Shown here piece after piece: positions 13,301 to 24,318 of a stretch of 64,000 bases of DNA (positions are counted from its first letter, which is position 1; every line of letters starts with the position of its first letter). Source of the DNA: Hydrolagus affinis (taxonomy: Eukaryota); the NCBI GenBank assembly GCA_012026655.1, contig JAAILG010000369.1, positions 1 to 64,000 on the forward strand. Direction: 5' to 3'. Under the pieces are notes generated by a model that worked only from the letters and a program-made list of their open reading frames with translations, made no database searches and had not been told where the DNA came from. The translations under genes and the position numbers were made by a program.

Positions 13301-16300
13301 ATCACATTCAGCAAGACAAGTTGCAAGCAAATCCTACAGGTCAGACTAAATCACACCACCTGGAAAGGTCAGGTTGCCTGACAGATGCTCTCTCAGACGA
13401 TTACCCAATTCTTTTACATGTTCTGGAATCCTCCAAAGATGCTCCAGCATATTTTCTTTCACAAAAAAAACAAGAATTTACATGGCTTAATGAACAGATC
13501 ACACATCAAGGAAATATTTTGGATTAGCTGCATATAACTATATGTTCAAAACATGGGGATTCATTTATCCATACTCAGAAAGGTCCAGATTATTTTTGTT
13601 TAAATTTAAAAACTTTTATTGATCTAGAAGCCTAATTGCAGCACAATATCATAAAGCAATCATAAATTGAGCATCCATCCACTTTTATTTTTCATTAGCA
13701 AAGGAAAACAAATGACACCCTGGTTCTGGAATCCAACATTTATTTAGATTTATAAAGAGCAGAACTGTACAGAAAAATTTATACTAATAGATATCTCCTC
13801 AGTTCCTTCTCCCAATGATCCAAATGAGGATAAACATGCTCAAGGGAAATCATTGCATAGATCATCCATTCAGAGAAAAGGTTTAGAGATGGAGCACAAA
13901 CTGTATAATTCTAAAAATACTCAACTGGTGCTGGCTAAACAGATGTATTAGTTGTGAAATAAGGGGAGAAAATATAATTTAGATTTATGCATTTTTTTTT
14001 GCTTAGAACCATTTAGTTTGGGATTCAATGTAGTTTTGTACCTACAACGGTCAACACAGGGCAAATGGCACTCATGGTTTCACACCCCATTTTCATTTCT
14101 GGTTGGCACTTTACCTTGGTATAGCCAAGATAAATAATGTTCAATGGTGATTGAGGAGTTAAGCCAGCTTGGCAATCCAGAACACAAAGCATTGGAACAC
14201 CAGTTTGTTCAATCACCACAGTGTGGAAAATACCCAACTAAGACAATGAACCCAGTGGATCACGTCGGACCTTTTCCCAGTGGTTTCTAAACATTTTCTA
14301 CCAACCCTCAATATTCAACCTTTCAAGAATTTATTTTGGGAAAACTTGTGGTCATTGTATGTGCCAGTTGGCTAATACTTTAACAGCCTATTTCACCTTT
14401 GATTAATTTGGTCACTTCAATTATTTTACATTATATAACATTGCCATTATGATTTTATATTCTGCCTAGTTATTAGATGAGACAGATAAACACAAACAAA
14501 ACCTTTGCCACTGAATATAATAGCATGGAAAATACAAAAAATTACTGCTATGTTTATACATGGAAGACGTGTTTGTAAAAACTAATGTTTGTATAGAAAA
14601 TTAGTGTGCTGTTTTGCAATGCACTTTTCATTTAGTTCTCTCCAACCCATTAGTTAAATCATATACTTGATTGCACAGACCTGCAAATGACAACAGAGGC
14701 ACATGTCCTGAGTCATTGCAGCAATTAATCAATTGATAACAGTCAGAAAACATACGTATGTTCAACAGAACTAAAAGTCAACACTGAGACTGTCACTATT
14801 TATCTCAGCTTTGTAATGAAGTTAAGCAATACCTTAAGCATTCAAAAGAAAATCAAGAACGCTTAGAAGAATGGGATTACAGTAGTTAGCTTAAATTGGC
14901 CACCAAAAGGACCTCCAGACCCGTAGGGGGGCGATTGCGTGACTGAAGCGAAGCTCAGCCAGGACGATACCTCTGTCTCTTTTGTGGACTCAGCGCAACT
15001 CACTAGTACAGTCTTTCATACAAATTGTTCAGCAGTGTCGCCTCGGGCACTTTTTAGCATTTAAGAATAAAAAAAACTGATGACCCTTCACGAGCCTACT
15101 GAGGACCCACACGACCCTGCATTGGGTCGGGTCCTGAGGTTGGGAACCACTGCTCCAGAATATAAGCAAATATGAAATTTTAAATCCCATGAAGCACTCA
15201 GAAATCTGGATGATGCAATAATCAAATGCAATGATTAGGATTATTACAAATGTTATATATTTATATTTTATGATTCTTGCATTTTTATGCGTTACACGCT
15301 AGCACCAGCATCTGAAATAGAATTAAGTCAATAGCTGCAGTATCAACGACATATTAAATCAGTAATTTGCTTCTTAAAATCCTGCTGGCAGCCTAAATAT
15401 TAATACTTGTATTTGAATAGAGCTTTTCACATCTTCTCGAACTCTCAATGTGCTTCCCAGAATATACTGTAAAGCCCTGAATTGACTGAATGTTTGTGGG
15501 CGAAACGGGGCATCCAATTGCGCACAGCAGTTTCCCACAAACAGTTGCAGAATTAAGTGACCAAATTATTATTTTTTGAGGGATTATCATCAGGCGTGTG
15601 GAGTAAGGAAACTTGCCAAAGGTTTCGCCCTGCCTGGGATTGAACCCAGATTTCTTGCTTGCAAGGCAAGTGCTCTAACCACTGAGCTACAGGACTACAT
15701 GTCCTGATCCGGTCTTACCAGTTTCAGTTGGGGTGAAGGTATACTGGCTGCTGGAAGAGGAACCAAGGTTCAGTTCTTCATTATTTGTATCCTGTTCAGC
15801 TTCAACTTCAGTTTCCTCCTGAACATGCAAATCCTCTACAGGAGGTGAGTCAAGGGTAACAATATCTGAATCGTCACTGGTAGCACCAACAATAGCACCA
15901 TCATCAGCCGATTTTTCTTTTGGTGCCTATTCAAAAGAATAACAGGTATGTTAATTTTTCGTTTAGATAAAAATCTTCAGTATTCTACATTGTTGTTCTT
16001 TAAAGCAGTTAACTTAATTCTGATGTCCGGCAGAGGCGGAGTTGACATGCCACAATTTGCTGCACTCTTTGAAACCCTTTATCTGATGTGGCAGACACAA
16101 TACAGGCTAGCTTTGCTTGAAATGCTGAGGTTTCTAAAGCAATGAGTCAATTTGAACTTAATTAAAAACTGTTACCACACAAGCAAATAATTGAATTGTT
16201 TTGCAAAACAAGTTTTATTTTTCTTTAAATGGTAACTATAATTGTATTTTTTTAAAACCCAAACATTTTCTGCTTTGGGAGCCAAGAGACAACAATGTAG

Positions 16301-18731
16301 GAAGAACAACAACAACAACATTACATTTGTATAGCGCCTTTCATGTCAGGAAACGTCCCAAGGCGCTGAAATGAAGAAATGAACTGCTCACCTCAAAGAG
16401 CGATTCCTTTTCTTTCAAAGTGACTGAGCAGTCAGGAGCGTCTGTGACTGATACTGAACAATCAGTTTCAGCTCCTGCAAAACAATTTACGTTGAAAAGA
16501 AATATTTTAGACTGGAAAATTAAAGGTGACTGCAAGCAATCGGACTAAATATGAAATATCCGAATAATGTGATAGCCAAGCAGTTTGAAGTGCTAAATAT
16601 TCCAGTATACTCAATTTATCTGCTAAATCATTGGGCAGGGTAAAATAAAAGTATTATTAGCCCTTAACACTAATTTTGACAAGTAAGTGGCTCATTGGTT
16701 GTTGCTATAGCTTTTTCTAGCTATTTCCTGTTCGAGGTTTGCTGTTTGTTCAGATCATTAACATTTGTTGTATAATTCAGCTCAATATTAGGTCAAAAAG
16801 CTTACGAAAAATGTTAATAGGGTGGAATTAACCAATTGGTAGTTGCAATTAACTTTTAAATAAGGATTGTTACTTACAAACCATTTTCTCTATGGAGGAC
16901 AATGGAGGGGGAATTCTCACCAAATGAGGTGAGAAAGGTTAGAGAATTTATGAAGCTTGAACAAAATGAAATGGATTTCAGCATACACTGGAGGGAATAA
17001 ATGCTACCAAACACTGCTTGTTCGGACATAGCCAATTTTTAATGATAGCAGTTTTAAAGTACACAGTTGGAAGAGACAATATAAGGCTTTGTAAAAAGGT
17101 AATGCATGGTCTTAGCTATTTAAAGAGAGAATACCCATTTTAAAATCTAAGGCTTTGATGTGAAAACTAGATTCTAAAATTTGTGCATTTACATGAATCT
17201 TCATTTATAACTAGATTATAAGCAGTAAATGTTTGTCAAGTATTTTAGCTGATTATTCTGCCTACCAGAGGGCTTATCTAACTGTTGATGCTCCAGAGGC
17301 CCTGAGCATTCAGCCTCTCCTCTGTCTGGACTCAGTACCTCCACATCAGAACCCTATTAAAAAGTTTTAAAAAGTCAGTCAGCAAACAATATTACAGTAG
17401 AAAGTGCAAAATGTACAGAAGTATTTGCAGTTACAAAAATAATGTGATTAAGGAATATTTTAATCATTCTAAAAATACTGGAATTTTTTTTAAAACCAGC
17501 AAGTTGAGGCTAAACCCCATATCTGATGGAGCTGTGTTAAGGTATAGATGGTTCCGCTCCCTCATTCAATGGCTTTTATAACTCCAGTGCAGGTGTTTAT
17601 GAGAGTGAACCCGCACCAAGCTCCATGATCCTATCACCCCCATTCTCGCCCCACTGGCATCCCATCACCCAGAGAATTCAATTCAAGATTCTGCTCTTCA
17701 TCTTTAATGCCCCTCATGGCCTTGCCCCACCAAACATCTGCGACCTCCTAACCCCCTACCAACCTGTCTGTTCCCTCTGCTCATCAGGCTCCAGCCTGCT
17801 CCATGGAGGAAACTATCCAACAAGCTGGCAAAAGTTAAACATTCAACTCTACTGTGGTTGCACTGGTGGCCTCAATGCCAAGCTACTGTCACATGAAAAG
17901 ATGGCGAGTTTGTTCATCCCCATCATCAGAAAAATGAAAAAGAAATGTCTCATCCAAATTAAGGTCATTAACAGGGACATCAAGATTCTGCTTGACCTAG
18001 TGCAGGGAGAACTTATCATTTTTAGCAGCAAGCATTTCATTATTGAATAGTTATAGTACACTATTTTTCTCCTGTAGAAACAGAAATATCTATGCATTTA
18101 TTTCTAGCATTCTAACAATTTTTTTCCACACATCAGTGATTTGAATTTTTGTTTTTTTGGGAGGCTTTATGTTAGTATGATGAGGGGGAAAAAGATAATA
18201 TAATTATGTGAACCCTAAGAATGCCACTTACATATTTACACTGGTAGATTCTCACATCCAAGATTCACAGGGTCATCAACAACCAATCTATTAACTAACT
18301 TCTTATGAGCTACAAACTCAGTCCCAATTAAAAAAGAGAACCTCCCGAAATGGATGGGGGAAACTGGGAATGTTATCTTAAATAGTTAGAAATAGTTCCA
18401 TATGTTAGATATGATAAAATGAGAAGTAAGAATAGAGAATAGGGATTAAAAAGTAAAGATAAGCAACAATAGGGACGAAACTTCTTTTTAAAAATGAACA
18501 AAAATTAAACTATTAAATTATTCAGAGCAGTGCACAATGGGAACCTATAAATGTGCATAATTCCATTAGTGTGTTGGAAATTCTTTGAATTTTATTGAAT
18601 TTAGGTGTTGAAAGAATGCACAAATCATCTACCACCTTAACTACAAACAAAGTAAAAGAAAAATCTTGTACTTCATGGTGTATAATGGTCCAACCACAGG
18701 AAGATTCACTATCACTGGAACTCTCGGACAT
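1145..18731 (-). CDS. CCPG1: Cell cycle progression protein 1 (ER-phagy receptor), spliced gene span
   Basis: Coding exons 18672-18731, 17266-17353, 16392-16474, 15719-15926, 9993-10247, 5303-5421, 4325-4441, 2041-3476, 1145-1370; total 2592 nt = 863 aa + stop, all GT-AG with consistent phase. Diagnostic peptides [107 protein letters not shown] and C-terminal [15 protein letters not shown] match recalled vertebrate CCPG1. Confidence 0.97.
1825..1955 (-). mobile_element. Degraded Deu-domain/SacSINE-like SINE fragment
   Basis: gacaatgcagca...tgcactggagtg...ggggcttgaacacacaaccttc resembles the chondrichthyan SINE body and tRNA B-box. Confidence 0.45.
2041..3476 (-). CDS. CCPG1: CCPG1 large lumenal-domain exon
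   Basis: Corresponds to the 474-aa ORF 2037-3461; acceptor gactag at 3477, donor AG|gtaaat at 2040. Confidence 0.97.
4325..4441 (-). CDS. CCPG1: CCPG1 117-nt phase-0 exon ([39 protein letters not shown])
   Basis: tttag| ... CAG|gtaac; open reading frame, frame-preserving, coiled-coil-like. Confidence 0.85.
4890..5032 (-). mobile_element. SINE 3' half (L2-like tail)
   Basis: Shares aaagcgcttcacagaatatactgt...gaattgactgtatatttgtggg with many other copies in the window. Confidence 0.85.
5045..5262. repeat. G/A-rich low-complexity tract
   Basis: Nearly pure purine run; explains the overlapping spurious ORFs. Confidence 0.85.
5303..5421 (-). CDS. CCPG1: CCPG1 exon (TSQILKQQ...[13 protein letters not shown])
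   Basis: ttacag| ... AAG|gtgggt; similar to recalled human KIHEDELNDMKDYLSQCQQEQ. Confidence 0.92.
9993..10247 (-). CDS. CCPG1: CCPG1 exon containing the transmembrane segment
   Basis: Encodes [40 protein letters not shown]; canonical splice sites. Confidence 0.95.
13360..13455 (-). CDS. CCPG1: CCPG1 alternative cassette exon, 96 nt ([32 protein letters not shown])
   Basis: Polypyrimidine tract then aag|, weak donor CAG|gtggtg, phase 1-1, open; resembles a 32-aa insert recalled from mammalian CCPG1 isoforms (..EKLWKIPE..). Confidence 0.7.
14278..15152. mobile_element. hAT/Charlie-like non-autonomous DNA transposon remnant
   Basis: Ends CAGTGGTTTCTAAAC (14278) and GTTGGGAACCACTG (15152) are near inverted repeats of Charlie/MER5 type; the 8-bp flanks do not match. 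Confidence 0.5.
15401..15698 (-). mobile_element. Full-length tRNA-derived SINE
   Basis: tRNA-like head (gtcctgtagctcagtggttagagcac...ggttcaatccc), conserved body, L2-like tail. Confidence 0.9.
15719..15926 (-). CDS. CCPG1: CCPG1 exon with second FIP200-interacting motif
   Basis: Encodes [14 protein letters not shown]...[11 protein letters not shown]; donor G|gtaaga. Confidence 0.93.
16392..16474 (-). CDS. CCPG1: CCPG1 exon
   Basis: ttgcag| ... GAG|gtgagc; phase 1 to 0 fits both neighbouring exons. Confidence 0.85.
17266..17353 (-). CDS. CCPG1: CCPG1 exon ([10 protein letters not shown]..., first FIR motif)
   Basis: Matches recalled human GSDIEML; canonical splice sites. Confidence 0.9.
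17620..17802 (+). mobile_element. L2-clade LINE ORF2 C-terminal fragment
   Basis: [39 protein letters not shown] matches the L2 motif HWLP..RI.FK.L...KA.HG.AP.YL..LL. Confidence 0.8.
18672..18731 (-). CDS. CCPG1: CCPG1 first coding exon ([20 protein letters not shown]; LIR WTII)
   Basis: ATG at 18731, acceptor at 18748, donor GAA|gtacaa. Confidence 0.93.
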
Positions 18732-20521
18732 CTTCAAGCCCGGTTAACTGTAAAACAGAATATATCAAACATAAGTCCAGTTCTTTGCAGTGGAGCAGTA
18801 GACAATTTCAGTACATTATTTCAATAGCAGTTAAGATTCAATTTAAATTATGCTACCTGCTCTGAACTGAAAACCATTAAAAAGCCACAATTTAGTTGCC
18901 AGAAGGTATTTGTCTCTGAAGCCGCAATAATCAGTCATCTCTCTTTACACAAATATCTAACCAGCAGACAAAGCATCTATTCACAAAGCAGCTGTGCAGG
19001 TTTTATGTGTGAGCTTAAAATGAAACTGGAGCTTTGAGCACTACGTCAGACAAATCCATGTGATTACAGTGTAGAATAACAAACCAATCCAACCTAAGAT
19101 TATTCTAACAGCTTTTCAAGAATACTGTACCACAGTATTATTAATAGTGATCCTTATCTTTCCACGTGACAATTTTTATTTCAAAAGTAGTTCTGTTTTT
19201 TCAAAAAAAATGAGATTAAAGTACAAGAATCTTAGAAGCAGCTCATTTAGGATTCTTTTCTCCTTTCAATTTATCTTTCTTCCTTGCACTGTACCATATG
19301 AAGCTGACAGCAAACAGGTGTTCAAGGCACTGCTAATGCCACTCTTGAGCCAGTAGCTTGGATAGAAGCCTAGGGAGATTCACCTGCTAATTTTCTCCTA
19401 TTCCCGTTAGACAAATGTCTATCATCTTAGCCCATCTCTGATCAAGGTCATAAAATTTTCATGTATGGAAATCATTGGTTCTAACTGTGTTCTATTATTA
19501 TAATACAGTGCAATGATTATAATACAGTGCAATGATAAATAGAATAATGATCCATCTGATTTAAAACACATTAAAACTTTTATTGTAACAAGGTGCAATT
19601 TAATTCCAAATTTATTCCTAAAATTATAGTAGCTTAAAACAAGAGTTCCGTAGTCTCTGTTTGGTCTTATCCTTTAAATTCACTGAAACATTTTGCACAA
19701 AAACACCTGCATTTGTATGGTACCCCTCATGAAGGAAAGCATACAAAATCCACAAAATATTAAACTATTTTGTTTGTTAAAATGCATCTGCCCAGTGAGA
19801 CAGTTTGCTCCCTCCCAATCTCTTCTTAAAATCAATATTTTTCTGATCTTTGTAAAATAAAACTTAACATGGTCTATGATCTTTACAAACTGATGCAACA
19901 CCACCAATATGTTGCATTTCAAGATCAAAGAAGGAAACAGGAAGTTGACAAAAGTTGCATTTTACAAAAGTTGCATTGAAAACAAGACAAATATTTCTTG
20001 CAATTCCCATAGAGGTTAAGTAATTTAGATCATGAAAATTATCGTGGGATTGAGCACTGTTTATACTGAAACAGAAAACACCTTATTCTTCATCTATTAA
20101 GGGATTTTACTAAAATTAAAATCCTTAATGATGCTTAAAACAACACAAAAAATGCATAAAAATCAATAAATCTTCCTTAATCATTGACAAATATGAAAGT
20201 GTAAAAACATATTCACTAAGACACAGTGTCTCGCTGGTGTGTAATGCAGCTCCATTGTTTTGAGGATGTGCCAAAAAGTTCAGGCCCAGACAGAAAAATA
20301 GCTGCTCACACTCTCGCCATTGCAGTACTGGCTTAAAAGCAGAATAGTTACTGACAAGTATATCGCCAGAAAAAATCTGGAATTAATTTATTCACAAATC
20401 TTGTACTGATGAACAAGATTCAACAAGACAAATCTCAAAAACTATGTAAAGTGTAAGATTTCCACCCAGTTCATGGTATATACTATAGATACTCTATATA
20501 CTGGAATAGGAGAGGTAGTTA

Positions 20522-20829
20522 GTAGTCCTGCAGCTCAGTGGTTAGAGCACTCGCCTTACAAGCGTGAGATCCAGGTTTGATTCCAGGCAGGCAAAACCTT
20601 GGGTAAGTTTCCTTACTCCACATGCCTGACAATAATCCCACAAGAAAAAAAACAACAATAAATTGGAAACTTCAATCCACGACTGTTGAGGGTCATTGCT
20701 GTGCGCAATTGGCTGCCATGTTTCAACCATAGATGTAGTCAATTCACTTTACAGTAAATTCTGTAAAGCACTTTGAGACGTCTAGAAGACATCAAAAGCA
20801 CTAAATCAAATGCAAGGATTACTATCGTT
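20522..20829 (+). mobile_element. Full-length tRNA-derived SINE
   Basis: Head gtcctgcagctcagtggttagagcac through tail caaatgcaaggattt. Confidence 0.9.
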
Positions 20830-22899
20830 ACTATGGTAAGTGGAGCCGAGATTGTGGATCATTAGATATTCAAAAAGTTGTTTAATGACTTACTTTATAA
20901 ATGAGACTAAAGGGATGAAGAAAATTTCAATTTTAAGTACAACATAGTACCAGACCAGAAAAGGCCATTGATATCCATCTGACCGGTCACAAAGTTTGAA
21001 AGATAATATGATGCTCTTATCTTGCCTTCCATTATTTCTTTCAGCAGTTTCATCTTAAATTTAAAGTAATTTAATTCCAGATCCTAGAGATCCTTGATCC
21101 TGAATAGTAATTACGTCACAAGGGTTTGAGTACAAAGGTTTAACAATCCATTATTATCTAGTTGCAACTTTTTGGATGATTATTAATCAGCCATTCACAG
21201 TTGAGAGTAAAACTACAGCTATTTAATGCAGAGCTCAAAATATAATTTTCATGTTAATTCCTCTGGATCAATCACGACTAAAAAAAACACACTAATAATT
21301 TCTGTTTTGGCACCTGTGAATAGTCATCAACACTTGAAACATGGCCATTAATTCCAGAACAAAATTATACAGCTGTGGCTGTTGTATTATTCCGTCATCA
21401 TTACAACAATAACTTGTATTTATATAGCAGATTGCTAGCCATCCCTCAACCATATCCTTATCGTTCTGAACTCCCCTCACCCTCCAAGGTCTATCATGAC
21501 AAAAAAGGAGGCGGCTGTGTCAGGGAGAATAGACACTGGGGCAGTTGGAGTGGCTGCTTTGGGACAACTGTCAGCGAGATCCATGATGGGGCCTGGCAAA
21601 GGATGGAGCAGAGGGAGACAATGATTGGGTCCAAAAGGTTAGGAGGACAGTGGGAGAGAAGGAGTGAATGGATGTCGCAGAGTAGATGGGACAGCATTTT
21701 TGGGTGGGTGGGGAGTAAGTTGTAAGCTCGGGTCAGGGGGGCAGCCAAAACGCACACGCAGAGACTGGGAGCAGCGGTGTTCAGCAGGACATGGTCAGCC
21801 CACAAGCATGGTGGAGGTTAGGGGAGACAAGAGAGAGTGGCGCACAAAGTGGATAAGAGCAGGATGGAAAAGAGGTGAATAAAGCAACAAAACAATACTT
21901 AAGCTCGTGGAGTGTTTGAAAATACGGGGAAATGATATCACACAGGCAGTTTGGGTAATTCGTCCGGGAGGGAGATTTTGAAAACAACAACAACAAAATT
22001 AGATTTGTAGCAGCTTTTCCTTCCTTGCCTGGAACACTGAGCCCTCAGCCCCCTCGCTGACCGTTTGCTCACCCGAGGCCTCCACTCTGGCAATCAGATC
22101 TTATACAGTGTAAAATTTAATACATAGCTGCCTTTTAAAAAAAAGCCTTTTTTTGCATTGTTGCTGTCATGATGACGGAATAAAACAGGCACAGCTGTTT
22201 TGTTCTGGTATTAATGGAACAAAAAGTAAAGTGGGCACAGTAGCTCGTTGATGTATTAATTTATTTATGTGGTCATCTTTTTTGGCTTGACCTCTCTCTG
22301 TGTTTTCCCAGCAAAATCAAGCCAAGACAGCTCAGCTCGCAACCAAAATAACTCGACAACGCCCGGCTCCCTCCTCTGCCCTTTTCAGCCATCTGATGTC
22401 TACATGTCTCCGAAGATGGTGCGTGGAACATGGGGGTGTGTGTGGGGGGGGGGGAGGGGGGCAGGATATGATGGTATGATGAGTGAGGCCAGTGTCTATT
22501 GATGGAGTGGGTGGGTGTGAAGAGAGATTGCAGGGAACAGAGAAACAGAGAGCTACTTAAACCCCCTGCCACCACTGGTCTGTTAAGTGTCCTCAGAAGA
22601 CGCTCTCTCCAAGGTTAGCCCCCAAACACTAGCCCCCTCCCGCCCTACCCAAAGTAGCCCAATGTTTCATTATTACATCCTCCTTTGCACACCAGCAGAG
22701 AATGGTTGATTTAGGTCAGTCGGTGCTTTTGAAACAGTGGTTAAAGTAAAGCTCATCAAAGGGTGGGTGGAGGGGGGCGGGGTGGAAGAGAGAGTTCGAC
22801 AGTGACGTTTATTACAAGTTTAAATAAAAACTTTTTTTGGGGGGGAGGGGGGCGGGGGATGGGGTGAGGTTAAATAAAAAGACTCCCCCGCTTCACAAA

Positions 22900-24300
22900 C
22901 ACACGTCGAATTAATTGAGCGTGAAAGTCGCCCATTCTGGCAGCATTGCTGTCTCTGTCTCTCTCCCCCCCTCCTCCTGCCTCACAACAACACCGTCACG
23001 TGCTGTGACAGCCATAATCAACCGTTTCTCCTCGAGCTCGACAACCGTGGAGTGACACCGAGTGACCCACACACACGACACACAGAGAGAGAAGGGGAGA
23101 CTGAGGGAGTTAGTCTTTCGCTCCCCACCCCCACCTCAACTCTCTCTTTTATAACACTTCGTTAACGACATTTTAAATATATATAGAAAAATAAAAAAAA
23201 GACACGCCGCTGCTTCACTTTATCTTACCTGCTTCACTTTTTTTCATCCGGTGATTGGGATTGAAGAGGGATGATGATAGGTGGGTGGGTGGGTGGTTTT
23301 TTTGGGGGAAAAAAACAGAACCCGCCGTCCTTCTCTCAGCCGGTGTGGAAAATACAGTCGTTGGTTCGCCCCCCCCACCACCTCGGCACGACGACAATGT
23401 TAATGTTGTTGTCGTCCTTGTCCACCTCCACCCGCCTCCCTCCCTCCTTCCTCACCTCGCGCGCACACGCGCAGATAAACACACACAATAACACAAGCGC
23501 GTGCCCACAACCCCCGGCCGCGCGCGCGCCCCTCCCCTCCCGCTTGTGATGTTTTGACTTGACGACGGAGGAGGCACCTGTGACGCGGCGACGCTGTGAC
23601 GATTGGTCTCCCTCCCCCTACCCCTTACAAACCCTCGATGCGTCACAGCGTCGCCGCGTGTGACGCACAAGCACCCCCCCTCCCCATCCTCCGTCGTCGA
23701 GACGAAACGTCACGGTCGTGGTCGCGCTCTTGGTCTAGCGAGCGACGGTTGATTACGGGCTGGGACAGCACGTGATGGTGTTGTTGTGAAGCAGGAGTAG
23801 GATGAGTGGGGGGGGGGGGTTGAAGAGTTAGCAATGCTTCCGGATTGGGCGAATTTCACGCCCAATGAATTAGAGGCTAATTAGACGTGTGTTTGGAGGG
23901 GGTTAGGAGGGAAACAATCTCTTTTTTAAACCCACCCCCAAAATAAGTTTTCATTCAAGCCTTTATACACGTCACTCTCTATTTCTCTCCCCCCCCCCCC
24001 TCCCCCCACTTCATTTTTTTTCCCTTTTGAAGGGTTTTTCTTTAATCACTGTTTCAAAAGCATTGACTGACCTCCTCCCCCTCCCCGCACTACCCTCCAT
24101 CTTGCGCGCACGGCATTGTGGGACTTGTAGTTTTCACAGTCTTCCCTCTACGCTCTAAGGGAACTACAGACGCGTCAGCGCCTCGGCCGGGCCAATCAGG
24201 AGGCTGTTGCCATGGCGCCGCTTCCACAACAAACCGGAACCAGCTGGGAGACGAGACTGTTAACCAAAGGCAAGACCGCCATCACACCAGTGGGGGACTG
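22900..24300. promoter_or_regulatory. CpG island, bidirectional CCPG1/PIERCE2 promoter
   Basis: High CpG density; TGACG half-CRE sites; CACGTG E-boxes; ZNF143-type motif AACTACAAGTCCCACAATGC (- strand, 24113-24132); CCAAT 24192-24196; X-box-like GTTGCCATGGCGCC 24206-24219. Confidence 0.85.
23229..23560 (-). other. CCPG1: Putative non-coding exon 1 of CCPG1
   Basis: Strong donor CAG|gtaaga at 23228 inside the CpG island; the 5' boundary is a guess. Confidence 0.55.
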
Positions 24301-24318
24301 AAACAAGACATAAGAGTG

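Noticed and set aside
19497-19535. Short direct duplications (19 bp here; also ~12268-12304 and 45430-45453)
   Set aside because: Ordinary slippage duplications with no further structure
20522-20600. tRNA-like sequence (also at 15630-15698, 28745-28816, 30700-30766, 35603-35670, 41030-41093)
   Set aside because: SINE heads continuous with the SINE body, not tRNA genes
21375-22620. Cluster of 70-116 aa ORFs
   Set aside because: No recognisable protein or splice pattern; looks like degraded LINE-like or low-complexity sequence
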